A stretch of DNA of 64,000 nt, taken from contig OX597824.1 in NCBI GenBank assembly GCA_951406725.2, forward strand, positions 39,990,001 to 40,054,000. Reading direction: 5' to 3'. Every line of letters starts with the position of its first letter. Positions within the stretch are counted from its first letter, which is position 1. The notes beneath the pieces are model-generated. The model saw only the letters and a list, made by a program, of their open reading frames with translations, made no database searches and was not told the origin of the DNA. Of the stretch, positions 51,753 to 64,000 are shown piece by piece. The DNA comes from Octopus vulgaris (Eukaryota). A program made the translations under genes and the position numbers.

Positions 51753-53057
51753 GTCGATGTAATCGAATAGCCTCCTCCCACCAAATTTCAGCTCTTGTGC
51801 CTATAGTAAAAAAGAATTATTATTATTATTAGTCCAAGTACAAGAGAAATGAAAAAAGTAAAACATTCGTGATCTTTAATCTAGCAAAATCCAATGATCT
51901 TTGATCGAAGAAAATTTAAACAATTTGAATGTGCTGTATTAGTGTAATAGATATACTTTTATCAATAGTTAATTGCAAGCATTGTTTTATAAAAAAATGA
52001 AACACCCTACTTTAACAAACATATTGCCTATAATTCTTGGGGAGTTTCATAATACAGTGATTCATGAAGACGTTGTTTTAAGACTAGTTTAAAACGTATT
52101 GTAGCCGGCCTAAGTCAAATTGAAACGTCTTACACTTCATCACGATAAAAAAAAGAACATCCATTTTGTAATTCAGCGCTACATACAATAGAACTGTTCG
52201 TCATTCCAAAGCACTGATGATGTTTTGCTACTGGACATGATTAGAGCTATGTGGAATAAGGCAACGAGAGATAAGGATCTCAATAAATGAAAAACAGTAC
52301 GACGCCACTAATGACATATGAACTAGTGACTTCTCGTTCAATATTCTAATCAACAATAAAAGATCACAGCTCTCTGTATCATTCAATGAAAAAAAAAGAA
52401 AAAATTCAAAGCTACAATTCTTAATCAGTGAACAAAAAACCGAAAGAATTCAAAGCTAATAACGAAGTCTAACGACGATCAACAAAACGAAAGATCACGA
52501 TAATAAAAAGTAGTTATAAAGATTCGGTGTGAAACTATTTTCTCTGAAAACAGGTTAATGGCGGATTTCCGCTTAATTTTTCACTTAACTCGCCAACCGA
52601 ACATTATAACTTATCTGAATTGCATAATAGAAAAACAAAATATATCATCAATGTGTTACTAAATAATATTAAGTCGATATTAGATTCCAGAGAGGCATGT
52701 ATATATTCTATGCCTACTTCTGTTATAGGGAAACATTTAGAGAATTGGAAAGCAAAATATATTATTTGAACGGATGTTCATGTTTTTATATCATTTACTG
52801 TTCCTTACTGATAGTAAAGTATTAAAATTTTTTTTTCACAGATGACATTGTCTTCAGCATCAGTTCTTCAACATTTGATTTCAAACTTTACAAATTGCTT
52901 CGAGCTCTAGATATTCCTTCTTCTCGTCGACGTTTTATAATTATAGAGAGAGCAGCTTTATGATAAAACTTAAAGTAGCAAATAACTATGTGAAACTCTG
53001 TGATAATTGAATCGTAAGACATTGTTGTAATTTGAAATTAATATAATCTAAGTCCGC

Positions 53058-53058
<1 letters not shown>

Positions 53059-53125
<67 letters not shown>

Positions 53126-53145
53126 GATCTATCTATCTATCTATC

Positions 53146-53242
<97 letters not shown>

Positions 53243-53243
53243 C
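53059..53243. repeat. (CTAT)n immediately followed by (AGAT)n: palindromic microsatellite
   Basis: Strand flip at TCTAGA ~53144-53149. Confidence 0.9.
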
Positions 53244-53409
53244 AGCTGAAAGCTTGCTTTGCAACTCGAGTTTCACACAATTGCGATCTTCAGGCAAGAA
53301 CCTTCTTGCCTGAAGATCTCAGTCTTGTAGATTTCAGTTTTAATAAAACCATATCTTCTGTAACATGTATTGAGCACTCTTTTCTCACTCTCACTGACGT
53401 AAATCATCA

Positions 53410-53487
<78 letters not shown>

Positions 53488-54545
53488 TTACTGCTCTCAC
53501 TCTTTAGACTACGGCCATGCTGGGGTACGGCATCGCGAATCGATCCTGCACCTATGTTTTTAAGCCTGGTAACATTCTATCGGTCTCTTTTGCCGTACCT
53601 CTAAGCTACGGGGGCGAGAACACACCGACACCGGTTGTCAAATGGTGGTGGAGAATAAACAGATACAAAGACACACACAGCTACATACATACAAACATAC
53701 ATACATAATACATACATGTGTGTGTATGCGCGCGTGTGTATGTATGTGTGTGTAAACCAACCCACCCACATACATTTCAGTATATATATATATATATAAT
53801 AAAACTGAGAGAGTTGAAAACAAAACGAACAGAATTTGTTTACTTTCTCGTTTGAAATTCATACACACATGTGTGCATTAAGAGGAGAGGAAAAGGTACA
53901 GCTGCGTGTGTGACAATACCGTTTATCAATCACTTCTTTTCCGGATCATAATTACTATACAGACCACCATGTACTAATACCTTCTAGAAGCTTCATGTCA
54001 GTCAAGACTTTGCAAATGAAACTCTACTTTGTGGTAGTGACGAGGAAGATTTTGTTGTTCGATCAACTAAATTACTTACTACTGAATTATCGCCTGTAAG
54101 GGATTAAATTTCCCAGAAACACATGTGCCCTTGATGCAGTCTTCGGATAACATCAGCGTGTCACCGAGTGACAAAGCTGTACTTTTGCATTACAGGCACA
54201 GTCTGCTCAAGAAGCTTATATACAAGTTTTATCTACATATTTTCATCCACACGGCAAAGGGTGTCCTAAGGTTATGAAAAATTACATTTCCTCAAGATAC
54301 CACGCAGTGGGAGCAAACATAAAACCCTGTTGTAAATCGATCTTTCCAAACTTATGGTCATACAGCATCTACGAAATTCAAACAGAAAGCAGAAAATAGC
54401 AAATTATGAACGACCCTCGAGTGTAACAATATATCATAATAAACTACCAATGAAAGAACATCTACGTAGTTGCTCAACCTACTAAAAATAGTACACAAAC
54501 ATGTTTCAAAAGATAGAGATTTTTAAATCAATATTTGCTACAAAA

Positions 54546-54760
54546 GAAGGCAGTGAGCTCGCAGAACCGTTAGCATACCAAGTGCTTGGCGGTGTTTCGT
54601 CCGCCTTTACATCCTGTGTTCAAATGCTGCCAAGGTCGACTTTGCCTTGCATCCTTTTGAGGTCGATAGAATAAATACCTGTTGAACTCTGAGGTCGATG
54701 TCATCGACTTACACCCCCTCACTCGAAATTACTGGTCTTGTACCAAAATTTGAAATTAAT
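54546..54760 (+). mobile_element. Family-A SINE with diverged TSD
   Basis: AATATTTGCTACAAAAGA / AATATTTACTGCAAAAGA flanks. Confidence 0.8.
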
Positions 54761-55232
54761 ATTTACTGCAAAAGAGCCATTCTATTATTCATTTCCGGAA
54801 TCTAATGAAGAGAATTGAAGAGCAAAGAATATCGATTGTTTCATATCTAAAGTTAGCCTCGGTAATGACTGCGTAGTGTTTTAGTGTAACGACCGTTAGG
54901 AGAAACACGTCATCGTCGTAATCACTATCATCATCACTGACGCCGTCATTATTTTCATCATCGTCATAATCATCATTACCATCATTATCTCATCATTATC
55001 ACTATAAATGTCATCGTTATCATTACCATCCACATCAGTGTCATTAACATCCCCATCATCATCACCCTCATCATTACTATCACAATCAACGCAGTCATCA
55101 TCATCCTTGGATTGAGTTTGCTGAGTTCAAATATTTCCTTTGCTGAATGGACACATCCTACGATTGTCAGTTCTACAGATATTATTAGTAGTTCTGATTA
55201 TGTGTGTGTGTGTGTGTGTATTTGCATGTGTT

Positions 55233-55319
<87 letters not shown>

Positions 55320-55356
55320 TTGTATGTATATATCTATCTATCTATCTATCTATCAA

Positions 55357-55427
<71 letters not shown>

Positions 55428-55429
55428 TA

Positions 55430-56090
55430 GATCGTTCTCTTTAGGATCCTATCTGGAGCAACTTTCAAATACAAATTCCAGATTGGTGCCTGCTGCGAAT
55501 ACAGACCACATAAAAGAATGCAATGTGAAAGGGAATTCAAAAGAACAACCATACCACATCTTCAGTCGCGCAGGTCAACAAGGATCGCGTTCGGATTTTT
55601 GGTGGAGAGGTCCGTTCGAAAAATATATTGCAATTTCCTCACAATGCTGATTCAATCCGCTATAACCCTGCAAGTAGTTCTAATAGATGTGGGGTGAGCG
55701 CACATACTTTTAATATTCTCCTCCTATATCCTTTCTCTTGATAAATAAGATTTTTTTCTTTGTTCTCCCTTTATTGTCTACAGTCTATATATTTTATTTC
55801 ATTTATATATTTCTAAATTTTATTTGTTATGGATGTTTAACAATAAAGACAGCCGTAGCAATACCTCATTCCATAACTGAAGAGGGCAAATAATAATGAC
55901 TGTCCAAACTCAAGATCTTTAGCGAGACAACACTTTATGTATGAAAGTACCTGATGTGACCCACACAGCAAGACTGATGAAACATAGTACGATGGACAGC
56001 ATCCCACCCACAAAGGAGAGTCGCAAGATGGGTCGAAACCATCGTCGTAAAACATAAAGTTATACCAATTCCATCTTCGTTTTTCTTAAT
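55430..56090 (+). mobile_element. Possible decayed Penelope-like 3' end
   Basis: [15 protein letters not shown] resembles a GIY-YIG C-terminus; degenerate hammerhead-like core at 55947-56049. Confidence 0.4.
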
Positions 56091-56092
56091 CG

Positions 56093-56164
<72 letters not shown>

Positions 56165-56166
<2 letters not shown>

Positions 56167-56875
56167 GGCGGGGAACAACTCACAAAAAAAGACAAAGCAC
56201 GTGTAGACAACAAACAGATATATTAGTTTAATGCTCGGGAAGTGAAAAGTCTTTGACGTTTCGAGCCAACGCTCTTCCACAGAAAGGAACACTGAAAGAA
56301 ACAAGGAGAGAAAATAAAGAATGTGTAGTGGCTAGCGATCTATCATGGCGAATGCCGGACAAAAAGGTCACACAGGAGAGCTAGGAAGAAAGAGAGATAA
56401 TAAAGCAGTGGTGATCCACTGCGTAGTGGTAAGATGTGATGTGTTGTGTGGTATGGTGGTGTGTGGTGTGGTGTGATGGTGTTGGGAGGTGGGGGAGGCG
56501 AGAGTGAGGAATGCAAGGGTGGTGTGGGGGTTAGGCTAAGAGTGAGGTAGAGGTGGAGTGGGATGGGTACGATAGGGAAGGTGGAGTTGAAATGTGTAGG
56601 GTGGGGTTGGGTTACGAGGGAGGGGTGACGATGAAGGGAGAAGCAGAAGGTGTGTAGGAGTCAAGAAAAGAGAGAAGGAGAGTAGGAATTAAGAGAAGTA
56701 GGAGTCGGAGCAAGACAGGAGAGGTGGGTGGTATGAAGTAGGTGTGAGGAGGAGAGAGACAAGGGGAGGAGGTTAGATGAAGAGGGGAGGAGAGGGGAGC
56801 CCATGTGACGCAAAGGAGCGAAGAGAGAAGATTAATCCTTGTTCATGGCGCAAATGGGAGTCCGGATGCCCCCTA
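56165..56875 (-). mobile_element. Penelope-like element 3' end
   Basis: GHPDSHLRHEQGLIFSLRSFASHGL (GIY-YIG terminal motif), C-rich UTR, hammerhead-like motif. Confidence 0.75.
56251..56286 (-). ncRNA. Variant minimal hammerhead (core CUGUGGA)
   Basis: CUUU-CUGUGGA-A-GAGC(GUUG)GCUC-GAAAC-GUC-AAAG; A6 replaced by U. Confidence 0.6.
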
Positions 56876-57223
56876 TGCAAGAACAAACCGAACACGGATT
56901 AAAATTAATCAAAGGACATACTAAGTATATCTACCTGCTGGAAATAACAGTCAAAACTCTTATTTAAATTGCCAAAATACACTGATGATAACTGCAGAAA
57001 TCAACCGAAGCCAAATCAGGTTAAGACAATCTCCCAACGTACATTTAAGTTTTTGGACTCACATGGACCGGTTTCTGCACTGGCAAAAATAACCTTAACT
57101 TCTTCAGTACGCTTTACCACGATAGAGACTTCCAACCTATCGTTTTGAAGTCTGCACTACAACTGATTCGTTTTGCGCCGAAATCATTGCGACCACCAGT
57201 GTGGAAATAATCTCGATACATAC

Positions 57224-57268
<45 letters not shown>

Positions 57269-57651
57269 CGCTGAAGCCTTCCTTGTATCGAGTCCTTTTT
57301 ACGCTGTGATCGAGCAGACAGGATGAAAGATCTCAGCCTTTGAAGATACATTGTGAATTGAGGGATTTGGGCTGCTATCTCTAGCAATTCAAGCGTTCAA
57401 ATAGAGGCGCACACATTGCCAAACACAAACATATGTCCCTGGGGAAAATCATCTTGATTGTGAGCATTACTTTCTTCGATGTATCAAAACTATCAATGAA
57501 CTTACATAATTTGACAATGAGTTAAGAATATTAGTTCACTGGAATCGGTGTCCCAGAAGCGTTAAAAAACTTTTGAGAAGAGACAAATGGAATACGGAAT
57601 GCTCACGACAACAATCTATAGTGTTATATATCTTTGCAGAGGTTCCATATA

Positions 57652-58757
57652 CGCGAGGTACCCAAAAAACACAGGAACTTTGAAATATTATTTTATTTCC
57701 TTAGTTTTATATGTTTACACTTTATCATCTTCAAAGTATTCTCCATTTAAAGCAATGCATCGGTCCAGACGCGTTTTCTACAGTTCGAAGCAGTTCTGCC
57801 TTTTAATGCCACCGGTAAAAAAAAACACATCTGTAAAACGATTTCATTCGAAGAAACAAAAATGTCGCAAGGAGCAAAATCGGGTGATTAGGGGGGGGGG
57901 TAAGCGGGGTCATGCCATTTTTGGTCAAAAGCTGTCCCACACTCAAGGTGGTGTACACAGATGCATTGTTGTAATGAAACCGCAACTCTCTATTTTGCTA
58001 GAAGTCGTAGCGTTTTCGTCTCGCCGCGTCTCATATATGCTTAAGAACTGCTAAGAAAAATGTCTGGTTAACAGTTTAACCAGAAGGAACAAGTTCTCTG
58101 TGGACAATTCCATTCGCATCGAGGTAACAAATCAGCACCGACCGGACATTCAACTTCACATGACGCGCTTTTTGGGGGGTGTGGTGACATCGAATGCTTC
58201 GATTGATTTGATTGCTACTTCATTTCAGGGTCATATCTGTAGCACCAGCTTTCGTCACCAGTGATGACTTTTGAATAAAAGTCTGCATCAACTTCCAATT
58301 ATTCTTTCAGTTCACGACACGAATTCAGTCGTGGCTGCCTTTTATCTTCCTTGAGCAAGTAAGGCACAGATTTTGCTGAAACTCTTTTCATTCGCAAATC
58401 CTCGCTCAAAATTCGTTGGCAGGAGCTCCAGGGTACACTAGTCATATCAACAAGTTCATCAACTGTTCGGTGATTGCCCTCGAAGATCAATTCATGAATT
58501 TTCGTGATGATTTCATTCGTTTGGGAAGTCGGCGGTGGGCTGAATGAGATAGGTCTTCAAGTGGCCAGTGACCATTCCTAAAGCGTAAAAAAACTCTCGT
58601 AAACTTGTAAGCTGTCTGAAGCATGACAACTGTTTTGGCCGCCGTTTTTCCCAGCAAAAGAAAACAGAATTCCACGGAAGCACGTTGTCTCTTCGTTTCA
58701 GCCATAGCAAAATTCGACAAACAGGGGAGAACACAACAGCAGGAGAACACAACACCG
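57652..58757 (-). mobile_element. Decayed mariner family 2, 5' end lost at the HERO junction
   Basis: TA + CGCGAGGTACCCAAAA TIR; MAETKRQRASVEFCF..KTAAKTVVMLQTAY; SCQRILSEDLRMKRVSAKSVPYLL. Confidence 0.88.
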
Positions 58758-59600
58758 GAAATCAAGTTCATGAAGGAAGGAGAAAAGCCAATAACAACAG
58801 CAAAAAGGACAAATAGTCTACTGCATGGGGCCGAATCATGGTATATGAAAGTAGACCCGTGGGTAAGATTGCAGTTTCTCAGGTCGTCCAGATGTAGTTT
58901 TGTGGTCTGAAAAGGCTAAGAAAATAATAATTATCGAGCTTACGGTCCCATAGAAAGAGCGGTGTGGTCAAGCGTTTGAACAGAAGCGCACCAAGTACGA
59001 GACGCTTCTGCAGGATTGCAGGGAGAAGCGGTGGCTCTCATTGTTATATCCCAGTTGAGGTTGGGTGTAAGAGATTCTTTGCCTAGTCGGTAATGAGGAT
59101 GCATGCAGTCATTGGAATAAGAGGAAAAGAGCGAAGGTTGACTCTGCACAAGACAGGAGAAACAGCAGAAAGAACGTCTTGCTGGTTATGGAACAAGAGT
59201 GAGGCGATAAGCTGGAAGCAAGCTGGAAGCCATGATGAGATGATGAGTAGTGATTTGATCACCTTTGCTGACCCACTAACTAGAGGCGAGCTGGCAGAAA
59301 CGTTAGCACGCCGGGCAAAATGCGTAGCCGTATTTCGTCTGTCGTTACGCTGAGTTCAAATTCCGCCGAGTTCGACTTTGCCTTTCGTCCTTTCGGGGTC
59401 GATAAATTAAGTACCAGTTACGCACTGGGGTCGCTGTAATCGACTTAATATCTATGTTTGTCCTTGTTTGTCCCCTCTATGTTTAGCCCCTTGTGGGTAA
59501 TAAAGAAATAGGCATTACAGTTCAAAGTCAAAACACCCAATGATCGTTCGATACAATCTGATATCACTTCCTCCTGGCCAAAGCTACCTTCACCAAGGTG
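58758..59600 (+). mobile_element. 5'-truncated HERO-clade RLE LINE with a SINE in its 3' UTR
   Basis: IKFMKEGEK..WYMKVD..LQF/RPDVVLWSEKAKKIIIIELTVP*..KRTKYETL..PVEVGCK.F..AERTSCWLW. Confidence 0.82.
59283..59510 (+). mobile_element. Family-A SINE (CCCCTTGTGGG tail)
   Basis: Similar to 12130-12363. Confidence 0.9.
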
Positions 59601-60035
59601 AATGGAAAATAAGCAACTCTGCAGAATTTTACAACGCATCTGTGACACTACAGTTGATCCCGTCTCTTCTTTATATTTTTCATTCTTTTTTTACTGCCTT
59701 CTTTATCTCCAGTTCACTCTTCTACTGTCACTCTATTATTTTCAATATGAATCTACTCTGCTGCTCTCTTCTATTGTTTACTTTCACCAGAGAATAATTG
59801 AAAGCAATAATGACTGGACGCCCGGTATAACAAAACATACACACACATATTCAGACACACGCATACGAAGACACACGGGTGCGGATACTTTAGTACAAAC
59901 ACTGAACACTCGTAAATCCTCGCCAACGTGACAAGCCGCCAGCATATTACACATACACACACACTCATATATATATGTGTGTTTATGTATATATTATATG
60001 TGTGTGTATGTATATATGCATATACATATATATAT

Positions 60036-60102
<67 letters not shown>

Positions 60103-60176
60103 CATTCACACACACACACATATATATATATGTATATGTATATGAATGTGCGTATATACATATGTACATATATACT

Positions 60177-60207
<31 letters not shown>

Positions 60208-60317
60208 ACATATATATACACACATACATACCTACATATATGTGAATGGAGAGGGAGAGAGAGAGAGAAAGAGACAAACAGACTGACAGACAGACAGACA
60301 GACATACAGATAGATAG

Positions 60318-60348
<31 letters not shown>

Positions 60349-60975
60349 CATAGAGATGGACGGAGTAAGAGGGTGACAGGTATTTTTACACATAATAATA
60401 ATTACAAAATATATAGGTATGTCTGTGTATTTATGTATTTACTAATGTACATTATTTACTGAATCATTACGTGTGGTGTGTATATCTGTCGGCTGTGCGC
60501 GTGTATCTGTGTGCACACGGACACGTGCATCATAACATGAAAAATATATGAGAAAATCGGTGGAAAACATAGCTAACGTAATTCCAGTGAAAATCATTAA
60601 ATTGAATGTAATATTACCACCGGAGGACAAGTTAAGGCATTATTATTAACTGTATAATATTGTAAATAACAGCAATATGAAAGATGCTAATAGATCGACG
60701 AGAATATTCTCTCATGAGATCTGAAGTTTTATAGCAAAAGGTATTGTGTTTCCTTTTCATGTTATGTAGAATGAAAATTAGTAATGACAAAATGATTTCA
60801 GTGAAGCAAGCAAATAAATTTTTCTAATTACTTATCTGAAGGAAAAATTTAAATTGAAAATTTGCTTAGCACAGAAAAATTAATCATGTCAGTCAATAAT
60901 GATTAATTATTAGATGGATAAATAAACTCATGCATGTGTGTGCATAAACACACATACACACACACACACATATAT

Positions 60976-61020
<45 letters not shown>

Positions 61021-61075
61021 TATAGATATTTAAGTAAAAATGCTAGTTCTAAAATCTCCCTAAGCGATCAACGCA

Positions 61076-61166
<91 letters not shown>

Positions 61167-61234
61167 TATATATATATTCATATATATAGATATATATTCA
61201 TATATATATGTACGTATGTGTGTATATATATATA

Positions 61235-61295
<61 letters not shown>

Positions 61296-62049
61296 ATGTA
61301 TGTATGTATATATACCTTCTTGAATCATGATTGGATCAAAATTCCGCTGAATATAGCATTTAGAATGCGTAGACAATAGTTCCAGTCAGGTCAAGGATCC
61401 CATCATAGGCTGATGAGACCTGTTTCTGATACCATGTAACCAAATACTACCTATTCCATGGTCGAGTTGTCGGCAACAAAACAGGCTCCCCAACGTGAGT
61501 AGCTTGCTACACTTGCGGGTAGGACGTCTGGACAACCAACAGGACTAAAACAGGGCCTGTCGAAGGACGGGTGAGCTCCTTGTGGGCTAACGGCCATGTT
61601 ATTAGGGAATGCAACGGCAAACCAATCCAAAATTCTCTGTCAAGAAAACACTGTCAGAAATTCAAAAGGAAGCAACGCTTCATTTGATAGGAGAACTCTT
61701 GCTTAACCGGGAAGACTTTCGCTGTAATGTCACCAACACGCAGCAAAGGGTACAATACATAACGATGACGATCCAAAAGTGGAACAGTATTTGCTGTAGA
61801 ATTGTTTCAGAGAAATTTCTCAGAGACCCACATGTTGAAATGACACAGAGCTTCTTAGATTGCCGTTCTACTTAGTGACGAATAACTCAGGCGCTCTAGA
61901 CTTAACCGCAAAGCTGTTACGATACAGAAATCTGTAAGCAAATCTTTTCTGATTTGTGCGAAAGCTGAGTAGAATACAGCGTACACTTAAAACAGCTTTA
62001 GATAAAAAAAAAAATGCCGGTCGTATAACGTTCATAATGTATATACAAA

Positions 62050-62640
62050 GATGGAATTATACTAGTTGTAATATTTTATTTCAGCGAATTTTGCTTAACG
62101 TCATATAGAAACTTGTGCGTTAAACAGACACAGGTTTCTTCTCAGAATGCCTGTGGATCACTAGAGAGTGTTTCGACTTGATTTGATCACCTCAATGACG
62201 AAGACCTCGGACATTCTGAGCCAAGTCGAAATTACTTGTTCCGTTATAGGGATTGGTAAACAAAATATTTACTGATTTCTGTGAAAGAGTTAAATTAATA
62301 TACTTACTTGAAACATTACCGGGTTAAAATACCAGTTTCTATAACATTTATATTATGGAATTATTCAAACGTGAGGTTATGAAACTGAGTCTTAGAGAAT
62401 CTTTTCAAAGAAATTTGTATTTTGCCGGAAAAAAAAACAGCATTTCTTACAGAACGCCGGTGGATCGCCAGATACAGCGTTTCGGCATGATTTAGCCTCC
62501 TCAGTAACGAATACTCCCGACGTTCTGAACCAAGTCAAAAATATTTGCTCTGTTATAGAAACTGATGAAAAATATTTAGAGAATATTGGTTTGTACAAAA
62601 GAGAAAGCTAGCCAGGCTAAAGTTAATACCTGCATTTAAA
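62050..62640. repeat. Diverged tandem duplication, period ~307 bp
   Basis: CAGAA.GCC.GTGGATC..GTTTCG.C.TGATTT..CCTCA.T.ACGAA.AC..GAC.TTCTGA.CCAAGTC.AAA at ~62143-62250 and ~62450-62558. Confidence 0.75.
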
Positions 62641-63212
62641 AGAACATTAGATTGAAATACATCTGAATGTAATATAATGTTTATAAACGTGGAACGGCGT
62701 TAGATGTAATACTTTGTCTCAGAGAAACATCTCAAAGAGATTTGCTGCTAGTAGCATTAGTAGTGGTGATAGTGTTGATGATGATAGCAGTAGTAGTTGT
62801 TGTTAATTGTACTAGTAGCCCTAAGTGACGGACATTAGTATGCTCGCTCACAATACACTAAGGTTATTTACAAAATACTAAATCGATTCAATCGAATCAG
62901 AGAACATGCGAAATAGTACAGGTTTACTTTCGTTTATGCGCAAAAAAAATATCTTTATTACAATTTTTATTTCTTTCCAGTGATTGCCACTGATTTACCA
63001 TTCTTAGGTCTGATTATGTAAAAGATAATCGAATTAATATTCTTGCATATTTCTTTTAATACTAGTAATAGCTTTGGAGCGTCAAAGAAAATAGGCACTG
63101 AAATGTTACAGTTTCTGCATACGTCTTATGATCTTTGCAAACATCAAAGCAATCAACTTGTTACTTGGAACTTCTGAAGCCATTTTTATATATTTGTGGT
63201 ATATAGATATAC

Positions 63213-63300
<88 letters not shown>

Positions 63301-63301
63301 G

Positions 63302-63372
<71 letters not shown>

Positions 63373-63393
63373 GGATAGATAGATAGATAGATG

Positions 63394-63479
<86 letters not shown>

Positions 63480-63482
63480 TAA

Positions 63483-63530
<48 letters not shown>
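63213..63530. repeat. (AGAT)n/(AGAC)n microsatellite
   Basis: Direct reading. Confidence 0.95.
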
Positions 63531-63770
63531 ACACAAACATATACACAGAGAGAGAGAGGGAGAGAGAGGGAGATTGAGAGACAAAAGGACTGAAAGAGGA
63601 AAAGAGAGAGAGAGAAAGCGATATCTACATTGGTTTGTAGTTCTTTTCTCTTGTCTTATCTTTTTCTCCCTTCATAGGTTCTTTTCTTCATCTACATTTT
63701 CAACTTCTTTTTCTTCTCTCCACCTCTTTTCGTCTTCCTTCATTTTCTTCTCTTTCTCCATTATTATTAC

Positions 63771-63872
<102 letters not shown>

Positions 63873-64000
63873 CGACGGAATACATAGGACGTGTTTTCAA
63901 ACGCCCCAGGTTGGTTCAGTTTAAAACATTTATTTACATCAGTTTGATGTTGTTTTCATTATTCACTTTGTTCCAAGTTGTCAACAGAAATACCAGAAAC

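Noticed and set aside
61480-61630. HDV-like ribozyme in an RTE-type 5' UTR (GGGCTAACGGCC, GCAACGGCAAACC)
   Set aside because: Could not build a consistent P1/P2/P3 pseudoknot by eye; needs a descriptor search.
62970-63060. Acceptor followed by DC...SD...RINIL, resembling the 30572-30455 segment
   Set aside because: In-frame stop at codon 4 and very short similarity; invoking recoding or editing is unsupported.

Overview
AT-rich, repeat-saturated eukaryotic DNA. The tRNA-headed SINE families and dense compound microsatellites resemble octopod cephalopod (Octopus-like) genomes; this is an inference from repeat content only. No confident host protein-coding gene, rRNA, tRNA gene or CRISPR array is visible, and almost all long ORFs in the track are microsatellite read-throughs. 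The window is a nested transposon landscape: a full-length but disabled mariner, two copies of a second mariner family, a Tc1 fragment, a decayed Buster/SPIN-type hAT, a Merlin-like MITE carrying TTAGGG repeats, a clear non-autonomous Helitron, a solo LTR, RTE/CR1/HERO/R4-Dong LINE remnants, Penelope-like elements and many SINEs. Four signals stand out. (1) A 555-bp non-coding element occurs four times, always inside (TAA)n, always in Dong orientation and truncated only at one end; it is a candidate non-autonomous partner of TAA-targeting R4/Dong LINEs. (2) A separate RLE LINE family sits only in (CATA)n. (3) At least five well-formed hammerhead ribozyme motifs are present, two of them at the tips of a 3.3-kb, TSD-bounded, non-coding element with ~1-kb inverted arms. 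(4) A ~307-bp tandem unit has a covarying hammerhead-like core (retrozyme candidate).
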